Positions 12,746 to 25,136 of a DNA stretch of 55,948 nucleotides are shown piece after piece (the stretch's first letter is position 1; each line of letters starts with the position of its first letter). Source of the stretch: an uncultured Candidatus Peribacteria bacterium (lineage in GTDB: Bacteria; Patescibacteriota; Gracilibacteria; Absconditabacterales; Absconditicoccaceae); assembly GCA_964501605.1 (NCBI GenBank), contig CAZCTB010000065.1:1-55948 (forward strand), in the 5' to 3' direction. A program made the position numbers and the translations under genes. The notes below the pieces were generated by a model. That model was not told the origin of the DNA. It was given only the letters and a program-made list of their open reading frames with translations, and did not search any database.

Positions 12746-12774
12746 TTGACAAATAAAAGTTTTTATACTATAAT
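12746..12774 (+). promoter_or_regulatory. Sigma-70-type promoter (TTGACA-17-TATAAT)
   Basis: ttgaca at 12746-12751, a 17-nt spacer, and tataat at 12769-12774. Nearly identical to the promoter at 17048. Confidence 0.7.
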
Positions 12775-12796
12775 ATATAAGAGAAATTTATTTATT

Positions 12797-13822
12797 ATGT
12801 ATTTTATAATGACTAATAAAGTAGCTGCAGACACATCAAAAGGCGTAAACAATTCTTCTAATAGTGAAGATAAGTTTTCGTTGTATCAATTGAAAAATAT
12901 GGATAACACAATAGAAAATAGATCTAAATTGTCTGAACATCCTGACGATGATTTAGAAAATATAAAAATGGAAGCTATAGATTCTGAAAATTATGAAGTT
13001 GCAGCAATTATTAGAGATACTTTGAATGACAAGAAAAATAAAATTCAAGAAGAAAATAATAAAGAATTCAAAGATAATCTAGAGACTAACAAAAAAGAAA
13101 ATAAAGAAGAGCAGCATAACGAGGTAGAAAAATTAAAAGCTCAACTTGAAGAAAAAGACAAAAAAATTGATTCTTTTGGTAAAAGATTAAAAGAAATAGA
13201 GGAAAAACTAGAAAAAAACAAATCTGAAAATACAGCAAAATTAGATGATTTATTGAAAGCAAAAAATTCTTGAGATACAGAAAAAGTAAAAAAACTTGAG
13301 GCAGAAATCAAAGAGCTTAAAGAAGATAAGGCGAATTGGAAAAAAGAAACTTTAAAATATCCAGGATGAGATTTAAGAACATTGAGAACTAAGCGAATTA
13401 AAGGATGAATTACATTCGATTCTTCTAAGACAGAAAAAGGAAGAAAATTAGAGATGAACCTAAATAAACTTTGATTAGTAAAAAATTTACGTTCTCGTAG
13501 AAAGCTAAATAAGACAATCAGAAAATTTAATGATATAGGTAATGATCCAAAAAAATGAATTATTTATATTATGTCCAAAGCAAACAAACGTCAATGATGA
13601 ATTGTTAGATCAGAGTTTAAAAAAATATGGAATACTTTAACTATTAGAGATGCAGACAAATTTGATGAAGTATTTAATAAGCAAAAAAAGAAATTTATTG
13701 ATGACTTGTTCGGCAAAATTTGAACTAATGCTGATACAAGAGATACAAAAATAAAAGAATCAATAACAAAAAGAATAGATTACTATCAAAAAGCTTATAA
13801 GAAAAAAATGATAACAGTTTAG
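12797..13822 (+). CDS. Coiled-coil hypothetical protein (341 aa)
   Basis: Frame continuous through TGA codons. E/K-rich heptad-like middle. The start was moved downstream of the promoter that the ORF track read as coding. Confidence 0.65.
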
Positions 13823-13874
13823 AAACGTTTCATTGTTGAAACGTTTAAACGCTTTATATTTAAATATTAAAAAA

Positions 13875-14159
13875 ATGAAAACACTAAAAGAGACAGTAGA
13901 CTATATACACAATTATATGACTGAATATGAAAAATGATGAGAAGTCATAGAAAAAGATGTATTATATGACATGATGGAAGAAGAATTGCTGGATACTGTA
14001 GAATGAGTTTTGACAGAAGAAGATATGAAAAATTGGGTGAATAGTAAAGATGATACATATTTGGACAAAATATTAAATGAAAGATTGGAAAATTATCCTG
14101 GTCTTTTGGAAGATATCAAAAACGATATTTTGAATGATTATGTTTTGGGTGAGGAATAG
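13875..14159 (+). CDS. Small acidic protein (94 aa)
   Basis: ATG to TAG, 95 codons with TGA as Gly. Similar in size and charge to the 21064-21372 product. Confidence 0.55.
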
Positions 14160-14180
14160 TTTTATTTATGTATAGCTGTT

Positions 14181-16862
14181 ATGATAAATTATGATTCTAC
14201 ATTAGATAAATTAAGAGATATTGATGGTAAGATAAATAATCTTAATAATTTAGATGAATTAAATAGTATAATATCTAGGAGAGTATGAGATTTATATTCA
14301 GTATTATCTAGTAATAACTTTTTTGTAAATGATGAAGTTTATAGGGAAATAGATAATTTAGAATCAAGGTTAAGTGTATGATGATCATTAGTTACGGAAG
14401 CTCAAACGGAGATATCAAGACTAGTAACAGAGAGAACAGCATTACCTACATGAGCAACATCAAACACAAGAAGAGCTGAGATATGAAGAGAAATTTGAAA
14501 GCTTTTACGTATTACATGATGAACAGAAGCTGCACCATGAGATTGATCTACAACCAGGATACAAGATAGACACAATGATTACAATAATATAAAAGTTGCT
14601 AAAGATAGTTTTAATATAAATAATACATTAACTGATTACAATCATACTTTATGAGTTGCTAGCACATATGCAAATTTAAATGCAGTAGGAAAATTTGCAT
14701 GCACACCAACAAATTGATTCCATTTTTTTGAAGATAATTGAAATAGAGTCAATGCATCTTCATGATCATATACATTTAAAATGAAATTAGATGACGGAAC
14801 TGAATGAGATGTAAAAGTAGAAGGTATATCTATAGTAGGTAATGATATACAAATAACAAATAATTTAAAATTTACACCATCAAATATTGATTATTCTAAA
14901 CCATTAGAAGTTATTATATGATGAGTATATGAAAATGTTGGTTGAAATTGAATAAATGTTATTCATACAAAAAAATTAAAAATAAATATAGATAATCCAG
15001 AATTCTTAGATGAAGAAGATGATCGTGAAGAAGAATTTGATAATTATAACAATTCTGGATCATGAAATAGGATATCTAATCACTTGTCTACTAGATACAG
15101 TTCTGATTTACATAAATTAGAAAGGAAGGCGCTGGAAAGTGCTATGAAAAACTGAGATTGACCAAAATATGATAAATTGACAGACGAACAAAAAGAACAA
15201 TTGTATCAACACATAAGAGGATTGCCGCATCCTTCTTTATGATGAAATTTTTTTGATACGTTAAATTCTTCTATGCATTTAGATAATTATGATTATTTTA
15301 AGTCTCGATTTACAGATGATGATAGAGATTGGAACAAAGACATTAAAAATATATCTTCAAAAAGAAAATACAATGATTTTATACATAATAATTTAGAATT
15401 AAAAAGTACTGAATATATAAGTACATCATTAGATGGGGCACTTACTAAATCTTTACCTATAAACAGATTTTTGAAATGAGAATTAACTAAGTTTTTAGAT
15501 AGAATAGATAGAAATAAACAAGACACTAATGTGCATAGTAGAATAGATTCAGATTTAGATAATGATGATCATAAGATGGATAAGTGACCGCGATCATTAT
15601 TGTATCCAAGAGATAAAAATTATATGAGATTTTTCTCAAATAAAACAATAAATTTGGAAAATCAAAAAGTTAAAATAAACACAAACACAGCGCCAGAAGA
15701 TTTAAATAATTTAGAACCAGTAAAATATAACTTACAATTGGATGTTAGTGGAAAAAATAGATTGAAAGCCACTATTAATATTGATTGAGAGAAAAAACCT
15801 ATTGTAATAAAAGCTTGAGATTCTTCATCTTTAGTTAGGAGAATAATGAAAAATTCCAGTATTTGTCAAGGTAAGGTAAGAGCTCACATAGGATTTAATG
15901 TATATAAGTCTATGATTCAAATGGCAAAAGACAGCGATATTAGCTTAAAATATCGTGATTCTTGAAATCATATAAATGAATTAGATATAGATGAAAAATG
16001 AAATATTGCATTATATGATATAGATGACTGGACTAATCGTGGTACAACAAATAAGAGATTAACTAATGTTGTTTTTGATCAGCAAATGTTTGAAAATACA
16101 AATGATTTTAATCAACCTTGATATAATTGAAGTTTAAGACAATGAATCGACGAATTATCTTATCATTTTAATTCTGCAATGAATGTAGTACATGATCAAT
16201 ATAGAAGCTGAATTAAAAGAAAATTTTTATGATTGATGAGTTCTCCTAGTAAGTCTAGGTTGCCAAGTTCTGTTTGGTTAAGTCCAATAAAAAAGCTTAT
16301 TAATATTCGTACAAATACTAATTTCGATTTTGATACAACAATTGATGTCTGAGGAAAAAGTATAAGTGTTTCATTTAAGAAAAACAAGTTTACCATAAAT
16401 ATGGATTGATTAAAAAAACCATTATCTGGTAAAGATTTAGGTAAATTACTGGAAAAAAGACAATGAAGAGTTAGAGTCTTTGATTGAATGGAAAGAGATA
16501 TAGTGGAGTGAGTTTATGTGTCTATGATAGAGAAACTTAGAACCAATTCAAAAATAGCTCGTAGTAATTTTTGAGTAATGGATGATGTTACACAAAATAT
16601 GTATATTTTAGATGATGATTGAAATTTTGGAATAATTTCTTCTGAAAAATTGGATACAGAATGAAATCCTATGCACAAAAAAATAAAAAAATGATATTGA
16701 GTTTTAAGTAAAGATAAAATTTCTCATATTTGATATGAAGTATTGGATGAAAAGGAGACAAAAGAACTTATGAAAAATCCATTTCTGATGCAAAGATTTG
16801 TAAAAGCCATGAATTCTAGAATGTGATTTTGAGAATCTATGAGAGCTTTATTTAATAAATAG
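14181..16862 (+). CDS. Large orphan protein (893 aa)
   Basis: I counted codons from 14181 into ORF pieces 15273 and 15600 in the same frame. No TAA/TAG until 16860. A terminator follows. Confidence 0.75.
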
Positions 16863-16882
16863 TTTTTTATAAAAATATCAAA

Positions 16883-16910
16883 AAATCCAACGATTTGCTT
16901 GGATTTTTTT
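16883..16910 (+). terminator. Rho-independent terminator
   Basis: AAATCCAA-cgatttgc-TTGGATTT plus a T-run. Confidence 0.7.
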
Positions 16911-17047
16911 AATTTTTTTGAATAGGCCAGGTATAAAAAATATTTTGCGATACAGAAAAAGTCTTCTAAAATTTGTAGATTTTTCTTTAAAAAGACGTTT
17001 TGTTAGTTTTTTGATAGAAATATGGATAAATTTTCATGTGTGAAAAT

Positions 17048-17076
17048 TTGACAAAAAAAGTTTTTTCGATTATAAT
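17048..17076 (+). promoter_or_regulatory. Sigma-70-type promoter (TTGACA-17-TATAAT)
   Basis: ttgaca at 17048-17053, a 17-nt spacer, and tataat at 17071-17076. Confidence 0.7.
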
Positions 17077-17121
17077 TATGATATAAATTTTAAATTGTAT
17101 TTTAATTATTATATTTTTCAA

Positions 17122-20100
17122 ATGTCTACTGGTAAATTTCAAATCCTTTCAAATCAAGAAAAAGTGAGATCTTCGTCTAATAATGTTTCTTGAGCCGAAT
17201 TTATAAAAAAAGCCAAAGAAGAACTTTTAGAATCCTTTAGCAAAACAAATGATATTGCTAATAGGAACAATTTATCTAAAAAACTTTCTGAAAAAATTTG
17301 AGATGAATGATATCCTAAATGATATGTTATGTTTTGAGGAAAAAGAGTTAGAATTGATTGAAAAAAGTTTCAATCTTTTAAAGCTTTGTATGATGAAGTA
17401 AATAAAGAGCAAGACGAGTCTATAAAAAACAAGAAGCTGGATGATTTAAATCGTGATTTTGCAGAAAGACTTATATTAGATTCTGGTAGTATGATAGAGT
17501 TTGGTTATGATGATAATTTTGAAGGAGGATTATCGGCAGAACAAGAAGCTAAAAAAACATTTGAAAAATTAAATAAATTAGATGATTACAAGGATAAAAT
17601 AGAGCGAGCAAAAAAAATACTTGGAGATGAAACACATTTTGTAGTAAAACGAACCGAAGAACAAATTAAAATATTTAAGGCTATGGAAAAGGTAGCTAAT
17701 GAAGAGTGAGTAGATGTTTCTAATGATAAAGGAATAGAGGAAAAAACAAAAGAAAACAATGAGAATATCCAGAAAATGGAAACATTTGACCCCAAGAATG
17801 AGTGGGGAAAGGAACATAGAGAAGGTAAAGACAAAAAAATATCTGAATTAAAAGAAAAATTAGAAAATGCTGAAGAAAAAAATGAAGAATTAAGAAAAAA
17901 AACTAAAGAATTAGAAAAAATTTTATGAAAAAATAAAAGATCAAACAAAGAATCTAAAGTAGAATCTTTGGAAAAGGTAAATTTGGAAAAATTGGTTAAT
18001 AGAGATAATTTGGCTGATGCTATATATAAGATTAGAGCTAATAATAAATATCCAGTGGGTTCTATAGAAATTAGATCTTGAATATTTTTGGATATAAGAA
18101 AAGAGCCACACTACAATGAATACAAGGAAAAATATATAGAAGCTAAAGGTAATGATGCTAGACTGAAGGATTTAGATACTGAACTTGCAGAACATATTAT
18201 ACTGGGTAATCCAAAAATGGTACCTAAAGATCAGCAATATTATATACAAATAAATAATGATAATAATAAAAAAACTGAAGAAGAGTTGGTTCAAGAATCT
18301 TTGAAATGCAGAGATTCTTTGATAAACCAATGATACAATGTTGAATATATGGTACACGAAGAAAAGTTAGAGATAAACATAAAAGAAAAGGAAAGAAAAG
18401 AAAGAGAACTTCAAGAAATGATTGAGGAAGAAAAAAGACAGCTTAAAAAAATAGAAGAATTAGAGTCTGAGTTAGATTCAAAAAGATTGTATGTAGATGA
18501 AAAAGATAGAGTAGCTAAACAAGAAGAATTAAGAAAATTAAAGATTAAGTTAGATTGACTACAAAGAGATATCTCTATCTTGTTAAAAGAAATTGAAGAA
18601 ATTACGAAACCATGAAAAAGACATCATATTATTAGACAAAAGAAACAAAAAGAATTAACTCCTTATGAAGAAGAGGATATTATACCAAAAAAAGCACTAG
18701 AAATGGATACTGTAATATCTGATATGTGAACAGATGTTCATAGAGAAAGGGTTTCATTGGAAACAGAAGAGGAGCTTAGAGATAGATACAAATGACTGGC
18801 TCGATATAATATACCTATGAGATGATATCTTTTCTTATCTAGATGAGCAAAAAGAAAAAGAATGATAAAACAAAAAATGAAAGCAATGGCAGGGAAAGCA
18901 TTTGCTTGAGACCAATGATTAAATGAAAAAACTGGAGATGCTTCGGATCGTCATGAGTTAGAAATGCAACATAAATTATCTGAAGTGAAAAAGGCTAATT
19001 CAGTTACACTACAAAATCCTTTGGTCAATAATTTATGTAAAGATTATTTAAATTGAATTGTAAATGATAGTAGTTTTCAAACACAATTTAATGCCATAGT
19101 AGATAATGACAGCAATATACAATCCATATTAAAATGACAAAAAATAACACATATATGAACAAATATATTATTGAAGTTAAAACAACAAAAAGCCAAAATG
19201 GATTTAATGAATAAAGTGGATACTGAATTAAATCAATATTTTGTAAACAATAATCAAGTTCATATCAACAATATAAATAAAGAAATAGAAAATTACATAA
19301 AGTTGTATCAAACAAATCCAGACTTTATGAAAGATTATCAAGATTTGATAAACAATGTTCCTTGATCAAGAAATAAATTACAATTGTATTTTCAACATCA
19401 AAAGGCCACTATGAAAATGCAAGTAGAAAATATAAAAATGAATATGAATATTTTGGTAAAATGAAAATCTGCTTATCAAATAGACAATAAAGATCGCCAA
19501 AAGTGACGGATGTATAAACTAGGAAATAAGTTAGATAAATTACCACGATGGGTGCAAACGGCTGGGTTTGTTTGAGTTTCTGTATGAACATGATTATTGA
19601 CTTGATGACTATGAACTTTTGCGGCAGCAGCAATTACTACTTGAGTGACAGCATCTTCTGTGTGAGCATTGAATGCAATCAAAAAACGAACACATCATAC
19701 CAAAGAACAAAATACTCATGAGAAAAATGTAGTAACTGATAATAAAAATGAACAAGCAAGAATAGCTGAACGACAAAATCAAGCATTAAATGGTAAATGG
19801 TACAAACGAAAAACATATAAAGCAAAAAGGCAATTAGCTCTTTATGATCAAACAACACAAGAGAATATTCAGATAGCAAATACAATTAGTGATGCTATTA
19901 CTGATTTGTCGTCAAAAATAGGTACATTGGATGCTAAAGAAGATAATTATATGAAAAAAAATCTAATAGAATGACGAGCTCGTTTCAAATATTATAGAGA
20001 AACTGGACACAATTTCTTGGCATCAAATGAAAAAGAACAAATAGAAAAAGATATGAAAAGATTGGAGAAATCTTTGATATTGTGATCAGGTAAGTTATGA

Positions 20101-21015
20101 AAAAATCTTAATGATATTGAAACAATGCAAGCTAGAGATGATTTATGATGAAATATTACTTATGATAGTATACAAAAAGATTTAAAAAATAGTTATGATA
20201 AATCGTTGATTCAATTCAAAAGAGAAAGAAGAAATTTAGCTATAAAGTATTGAGTATGAACTGCAGCAATGTCTGCTGGTATGTCAATTGGTATGCAATA
20301 TCTTATGTGAACATGAGTTTTTGCAAAATGAGAACCAGGAACTCCAGGTGCTGCATTTACAGAGTGAGCAAAAGAAAATTTTGAATTATGAAAACATAAT
20401 TTGTTAGATATTTGAACTCAAAATAATATTTATAACACTTGAACAGATGTTTTAAATGATCCTAGACTTGTAGCTGGTTCTGAAATTAATGTTGCGTTTT
20501 GAGCTGGTACTGATGCTACTGCTGTAATTCCATGAAATTTAACTTCAGCAGATTATAGTACAAAATTAACTGAAGTTATATCTAATATAAAATCTATGTG
20601 ATTGAGTCCTGATATGGAAAAACAATTTATAGATGTTATAAATGCAGAACCATGGAAGGCTGGTTGGTCAGCTAACTTTACAAATGACACTCTTCATGGG
20701 ATGAGATCTGCTGAATTTATAGAACAGACAGCAAGAGCTTTTGCAGATTCATGAAGGACTGATTTGGTAGTAAAGTTTGCATATGATAGTAGTTTAGATA
20801 TAGTGTGAAAAAATATGAACAATGTAGCTGAAAGAGTGGTTAATGCCACATATAATATAGAAACTCCAGATATACCTTGAAAACCATGAAGTAGTCGATG
20901 AAGGTTTTTAGTTGCTCCATTATTCTTTAATACATTTAAGGATAGAGTTAAGGTAGATGAAAAAAAAGATGTAAAAAAGGATGATATTAATAAAAATTGA
21001 GCTAAAAAACAATAA
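17122..21015 (+). CDS. Giant orphan membrane-associated protein (1297 aa)
   Basis: Six ORF-track pieces share the frame. I scanned every in-frame triplet from 17122 to 21015 and found no TAA/TAG. Long coiled-coil region plus two Gly/Ala-rich hydrophobic segments (GFVGVSVGTGLLTGGLGTFAAAAITTGV; GVGTAAMSAGMSIGMQYLMGTGVF). Confidence 0.78.
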
Positions 21016-21063
21016 AAATATATCTATTATAATAAAGATTTTATAAAATAAATATATAAAAAA

Positions 21064-21372
21064 ATGAACAATATTTCACAAAAATTTCAAGAACAATTCT
21101 TAGATGAATTATTAATGGGAGCTTGATTTGAAGAATCTGATTTAGATCTTTTAAAAGAAGATTTAAGACCAATTCTTCAAGAGAGAATAATGTTGAATAT
21201 TTATAGAGAAACAAATGAAGATCAGCAAAAAATGATTTCTAATTTTTTGGAAAAATGAGAGCATGATAAAATGACAAGTTATTTAAATTCTATAATTCCT
21301 AATTTTGATGATTTTTTAATGGAAATTTATGCTCAATTTGAAGATGAATATCTAGAAAATATGTGAAAATAA
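21064..21372 (+). CDS. Small acidic protein (102 aa)
   Basis: ATG to TAA in frame with TGA as Gly. A terminator follows. Confidence 0.55.
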
Positions 21373-21396
21373 TAATTAAATATATTATAAAACATA

Positions 21397-21426
21397 AAAT
21401 CCAACAATCTTTGTTGGATTTTTTTA
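21397..21426 (+). terminator. Rho-independent terminator
   Basis: AAAATCCAACAA-tc-TTGTTGGATTTT plus a T-run. Confidence 0.75.
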
Positions 21427-21480
21427 TTCAAATAATTATACTTCAAATTATAAATTTTCAATTATCAATCATCGAGTATA

Positions 21481-22212
21481 ATGATATACAACCCATATGA
21501 TCACTACTTCAACAAAGCAAAACAGCAATGATACAAAGCTCGTAGTGCTTTCAAACTAGAAGAAATTCAAAATAAATTTAAGCTTATCGACAAAAACACT
21601 AAAACAGTTTTGGATATATGATGTGCTCCAGGTAGCTGGATGCAATACACCTCTTGATTACTTACTTCTATGAAAGTTCAAGATTTTCAAATTATTTGAT
21701 TTGATATCAAGGAAAGTACAGTAAATTTGCCAAACGTATATACATATGTACAAGATGTTACAGATGTTGAAAAGATAGAGAAAATATTGAAGTCTCATCA
21801 AATTGAATCATATTGTCATTCTGAGCAAAGCGAAGAATCTATTAATCATAAAATGGATTCTTCACTACATTCAGAATGACAAGTTAATGTTAATTTAAAG
21901 TCACAAGTCGAATTTAATTCAAAGTTACAAAAAGGAGTAGATTTTATCCAGTCTGATATGGCTCCAGATACTATCGGAAACAAATCTATTGACGCTATGC
22001 GTTCTATAGGATTGTTGGAAGATACTTTGCAAATATACAAAAAATATCTAAAGCCAGACTGAAGGTTTGCTATTAAGATATTTATGTGACCTGGATTTGA
22101 AGAGTTTGTTTCCAGTCTCAAAAAAGAGTTTTGACCAAAAAATATCAAGATATTCAAACCCAAAGCTTGTCGTAGTATCTCCAAAGAAACATACGTGCTA
22201 AAAATTAGCTAA
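21481..22212 (+). CDS. rlmE: 23S rRNA 2'-O-ribose methyltransferase RlmE/FtsJ, carrying an in-frame palindromic insert
   Basis: YKARSAFKLEEI, VLDIGCAPGSWMQY, FIQSDMAPDTIGN, GRFAIKIFMGPGF and KPKACRSISKETYVL. A 66-bp element lies at 21815-21880. Confidence 0.85.
21815..21880. repeat. GTCATTCTGAG...CAGAATGAC palindromic element (66 bp, 22 codons) inside rlmE
   Basis: gtcattctgagcaaagcgaagaatc-tattaatcataaaatg-gattcttcactacattcagaatgac, read in frame as CHSEQSEESINHKMDSSLHSEG. Confidence 0.85.
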
Positions 22213-22240
22213 TAAACAGCCGCTTTATTGTTTTTTAATC

Positions 22241-22318
22241 ACCCCAACCCCTCTTTGAGAAAGAGGGGCTTGCAAATAGATTGTTTCCCCTCTTTATCAA
22301 AGAGGGGACTAAGGGATG
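22241..22318. repeat. Twin GC-run hairpins (CCCCTCTTT-N3-AAAGAGGGG) x2, intergenic
   Basis: cccctctttgagaaagagggg and cccctctttatcaaagagggg lie about 30 nt apart between rlmE and ychF. Confidence 0.8.
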
Positions 22319-22350
22319 ATTATATCAAATTTTATAAAATAAAATAATCT

Positions 22351-23457
22351 ATGAAAATCTGAATTGTTTGACTTCCAAACGTATGAAAATCTACACTGTT
22401 TAATGCTTTGACCAACTCTTATTCTGCACCAGCAGAAAATTTCCCATTTTGTACTATAGAACCAAATGTGGGTATAGTGGATGTTAAAGATCCTAGGGTA
22501 GATAGTCTATCAGAAATATCAAAATCCAAAAAAACTATTTATGCAAATATAGAATTTGTAGATATAGCTGGATTGGTTCGTGGAGCAGGGAAGTGAGAGT
22601 GACTTTGAAACAAATTTTTGTCTTACATACGTGAAGTAGATACTGTTGTTCAAGTCTTACGTTATTTCAAGGACACAGATGTGGTACATGTTGAATGAGA
22701 AATTAATCCAATAAGAGATATTGAAATTATCAATACAGAATTAATTTTTTCAGATCTTGAAAAAATTGATAGATTACTTCCACCATTACAAAAAAAGGCT
22801 CAAACTACTTGAGACAAAAATTACAAAAAAGAAGCTGAAATATTGGAAAAAATAAAAACAACATTAGAACAAAATAAGCTTGCAAATAGCATTATCGATG
22901 ATTTATCCGACGAAGATATTAAATTAATCAAATCTTATTGATTTTTAACTATTAAACCCTTTATATATGCGATAAATATTGGTCAAGATGACATACCAAA
23001 CAAAGAACAGATTGAAAAAGAATTACAATCCAAAATAGATGCGCCAATAGTTTTGGTTTGTGCAAAGATAGAATCTGAGATGATGGGTATGTCCAAAGAT
23101 GAAAAAATAGAGTTTGTATCAGAACTACTTGAAATAGACAATGTAGATCATATCCCTACATTAGATGATTTGATTTCACTGGCTTTTGATACTGTTTGAT
23201 TGATGTATTATTTTACCACATGAGAAAAAGAGACTAGAGCATGGACAATAAAAAAGTGATCTACAGCTCCACAGGCAGCTTGAGCTATACATACAGATTT
23301 TGAAAAATGATTTATTAAAGCTGAAATAACAAAATACCAAGATTTTATAGATGCTTTATGACGATCAAAAGCAAAAGAGAAATGAAAAGTTAGACTTGAA
23401 TGAAAAGAATATATAGTACAAGATTGAGATATTATAGTTTTTAAATTTAATGTTTAA
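22351..23457 (+). CDS. ychF: Ribosome-binding ATPase YchF
   Basis: [21 protein letters not shown] (three Gly are TGA), [23 protein letters not shown], the TGS-like C-terminus [24 protein letters not shown]. 368 aa. Confidence 0.94.
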
Positions 23458-23597
23458 TTATTTTAAAGATATTAATTATTCAACTTTATAATTTTAAAAG
23501 TATTTTCTTTAAAATTGCTTGACATTATATTTCTAATTCTTATATATATTGTATTAACTGTGAAAACAAAACTTTTACAAATTTAAATGTTAAAAGA

Positions 23598-24689
23598 ATG
23601 AATTTCCACGTAAAAATGGACGATAAAAAAATCAAAGTAGATATAGAGTCTACAAATCTTAAGGACATTTTGATATACTGTAAACCTAAAGAAAGGTTGG
23701 TTCTTATGAAGAAGTTTTGATTAAATTGAGAAAAATGAATACCTCTTCAAAGAATTGGTAAAGAATATAATCTTACTAGAGAAAGAATTAGGCAAATTGA
23801 AACTCAAGCTTTGATGAGATTTAGAAGATTAATAGTTTGAAATCAAACTTATATGGAAGTCTTACAAGAAGCTAAAAAAACTCTAGATTCTCACGGAGGA
23901 TTCTTGGTTGAAGATATAATCATATCAAAACTTGTAAACAAAAATATGTTTAAATTTACAAGACAAGAGCTAAAATTAATACTAGTTTCAGATTTTGATG
24001 TTTCTTTCTTAAAAAGAAATAAATATATCAACAAATCATTCTACTTAGAACCATTATACGAAGATATGCTTACAAAAATGGTGTTATTTATTCAGGACCA
24101 TTTTACAAAGAGAAATAAAAGCCAAGACTTGTATGAATTCGTAGGATTATTAAAAGAAGATTTTGCAAAAGATTTCAAAGAAATAGGATATTTAAAAAAC
24201 GATTTATTCTATATAAATTTTTTTGAATCTATTAGAGATATATCTGTATTTGACTGAAAAATTGGATTACCAACATTTGAAGATGTAAATCCTAAAACTA
24301 TTAAATTAAAAATTCTTTATACTATGAGAAGGATTAATAAACCTATTCATTATCAAGAATTACCTACAAAAATAGTAGAATGGTTCCCAAATAAGTCTGT
24401 AAAATTAAATACTGTTCACAATGAGTTAGTAAAAAACAATGACATATTTGTAAATTTGTGACTTTGAATATATGGTTTAAAAGAACGATGATATAAGTGA
24501 GGACAAGTAAAAGACATTTTAGTTAGAATATTTGAAAAACATAAAAGACCAATGAACGTAAAAGAATTATGCAAAGAAATGTTAAAAGAAAAGATGGTAA
24601 GTCCAAATACAGTTATGTTAAATCTACAAAAGTACAAAGATATGTTTACTAGAGTAGAAAAAGGAGTTTACGAATTAAAAAATAAGTAA
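23598..24689 (+). CDS. Sigma-70 region-4 HTH protein with a C-terminal HARE-HTH-like domain
   Basis: N-terminus: ERLVLMKKFGLNGEKGIPLQRIGKEYNLTRERIRQIETQALMRFRR. C-terminus: INKPIHYQELPTKIV...LGLGIYGLKE-[CGA]-GY. Confidence 0.7.
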
Positions 24690-24714
24690 GTAATAATATA
24701 AAATACAGCCCTAA

Positions 24715-24746
24715 AAAATCACAGACCGGAAAGCCTGTGATTTTTT
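24715..24746 (+). terminator. Rho-independent terminator
   Basis: AATCACAG-accggaaagc-CTGTGATT plus a T-run. Confidence 0.7.
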
Positions 24747-25136
24747 AATATAAGTCGTATTTATTTTTTTATTCTATATCTCCTAGCTCTTTTCACAAAA
24801 AATATGCTATTGCTATTCTAATTAACACTATCAATCATAGTGCATAAAGTTGATTCATCTCTGTATTTAATACTGATTTAATTATATCAGCAATAATTAT
24901 AAAGTCCAATCAGAGTAAGATATATCATCAAAGTAGTACTCTTATATCATTCTGATATTTATGGGAATTTAATTCTTTTATAAACATACTTTTGCAAAAC
25001 TTTATAACTGATTTTACAAAACCAATTATTATTACCAAAATTCATGATATATATATTATATTGGTTATTATATTCAAAATTAATTGTGAACTATTCAAAA
25101 ATATATCTATCATTTTTATTTTATTATAAAATAAAT

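Noticed and set aside
19507-19509. A single in-frame CGG codon as evidence for CGG reassignment.
   Set aside because: It lies in an orphan protein with no alignable homologue, so it says nothing about decoding.
24748-25136. Small ORFs (28-30 codons, one hydrophobic) in the 390-bp AT-rich gap downstream of secA.
   Set aside because: They are too short, have no ribosome-binding context that I could trust, and show no similarity to anything recognisable.
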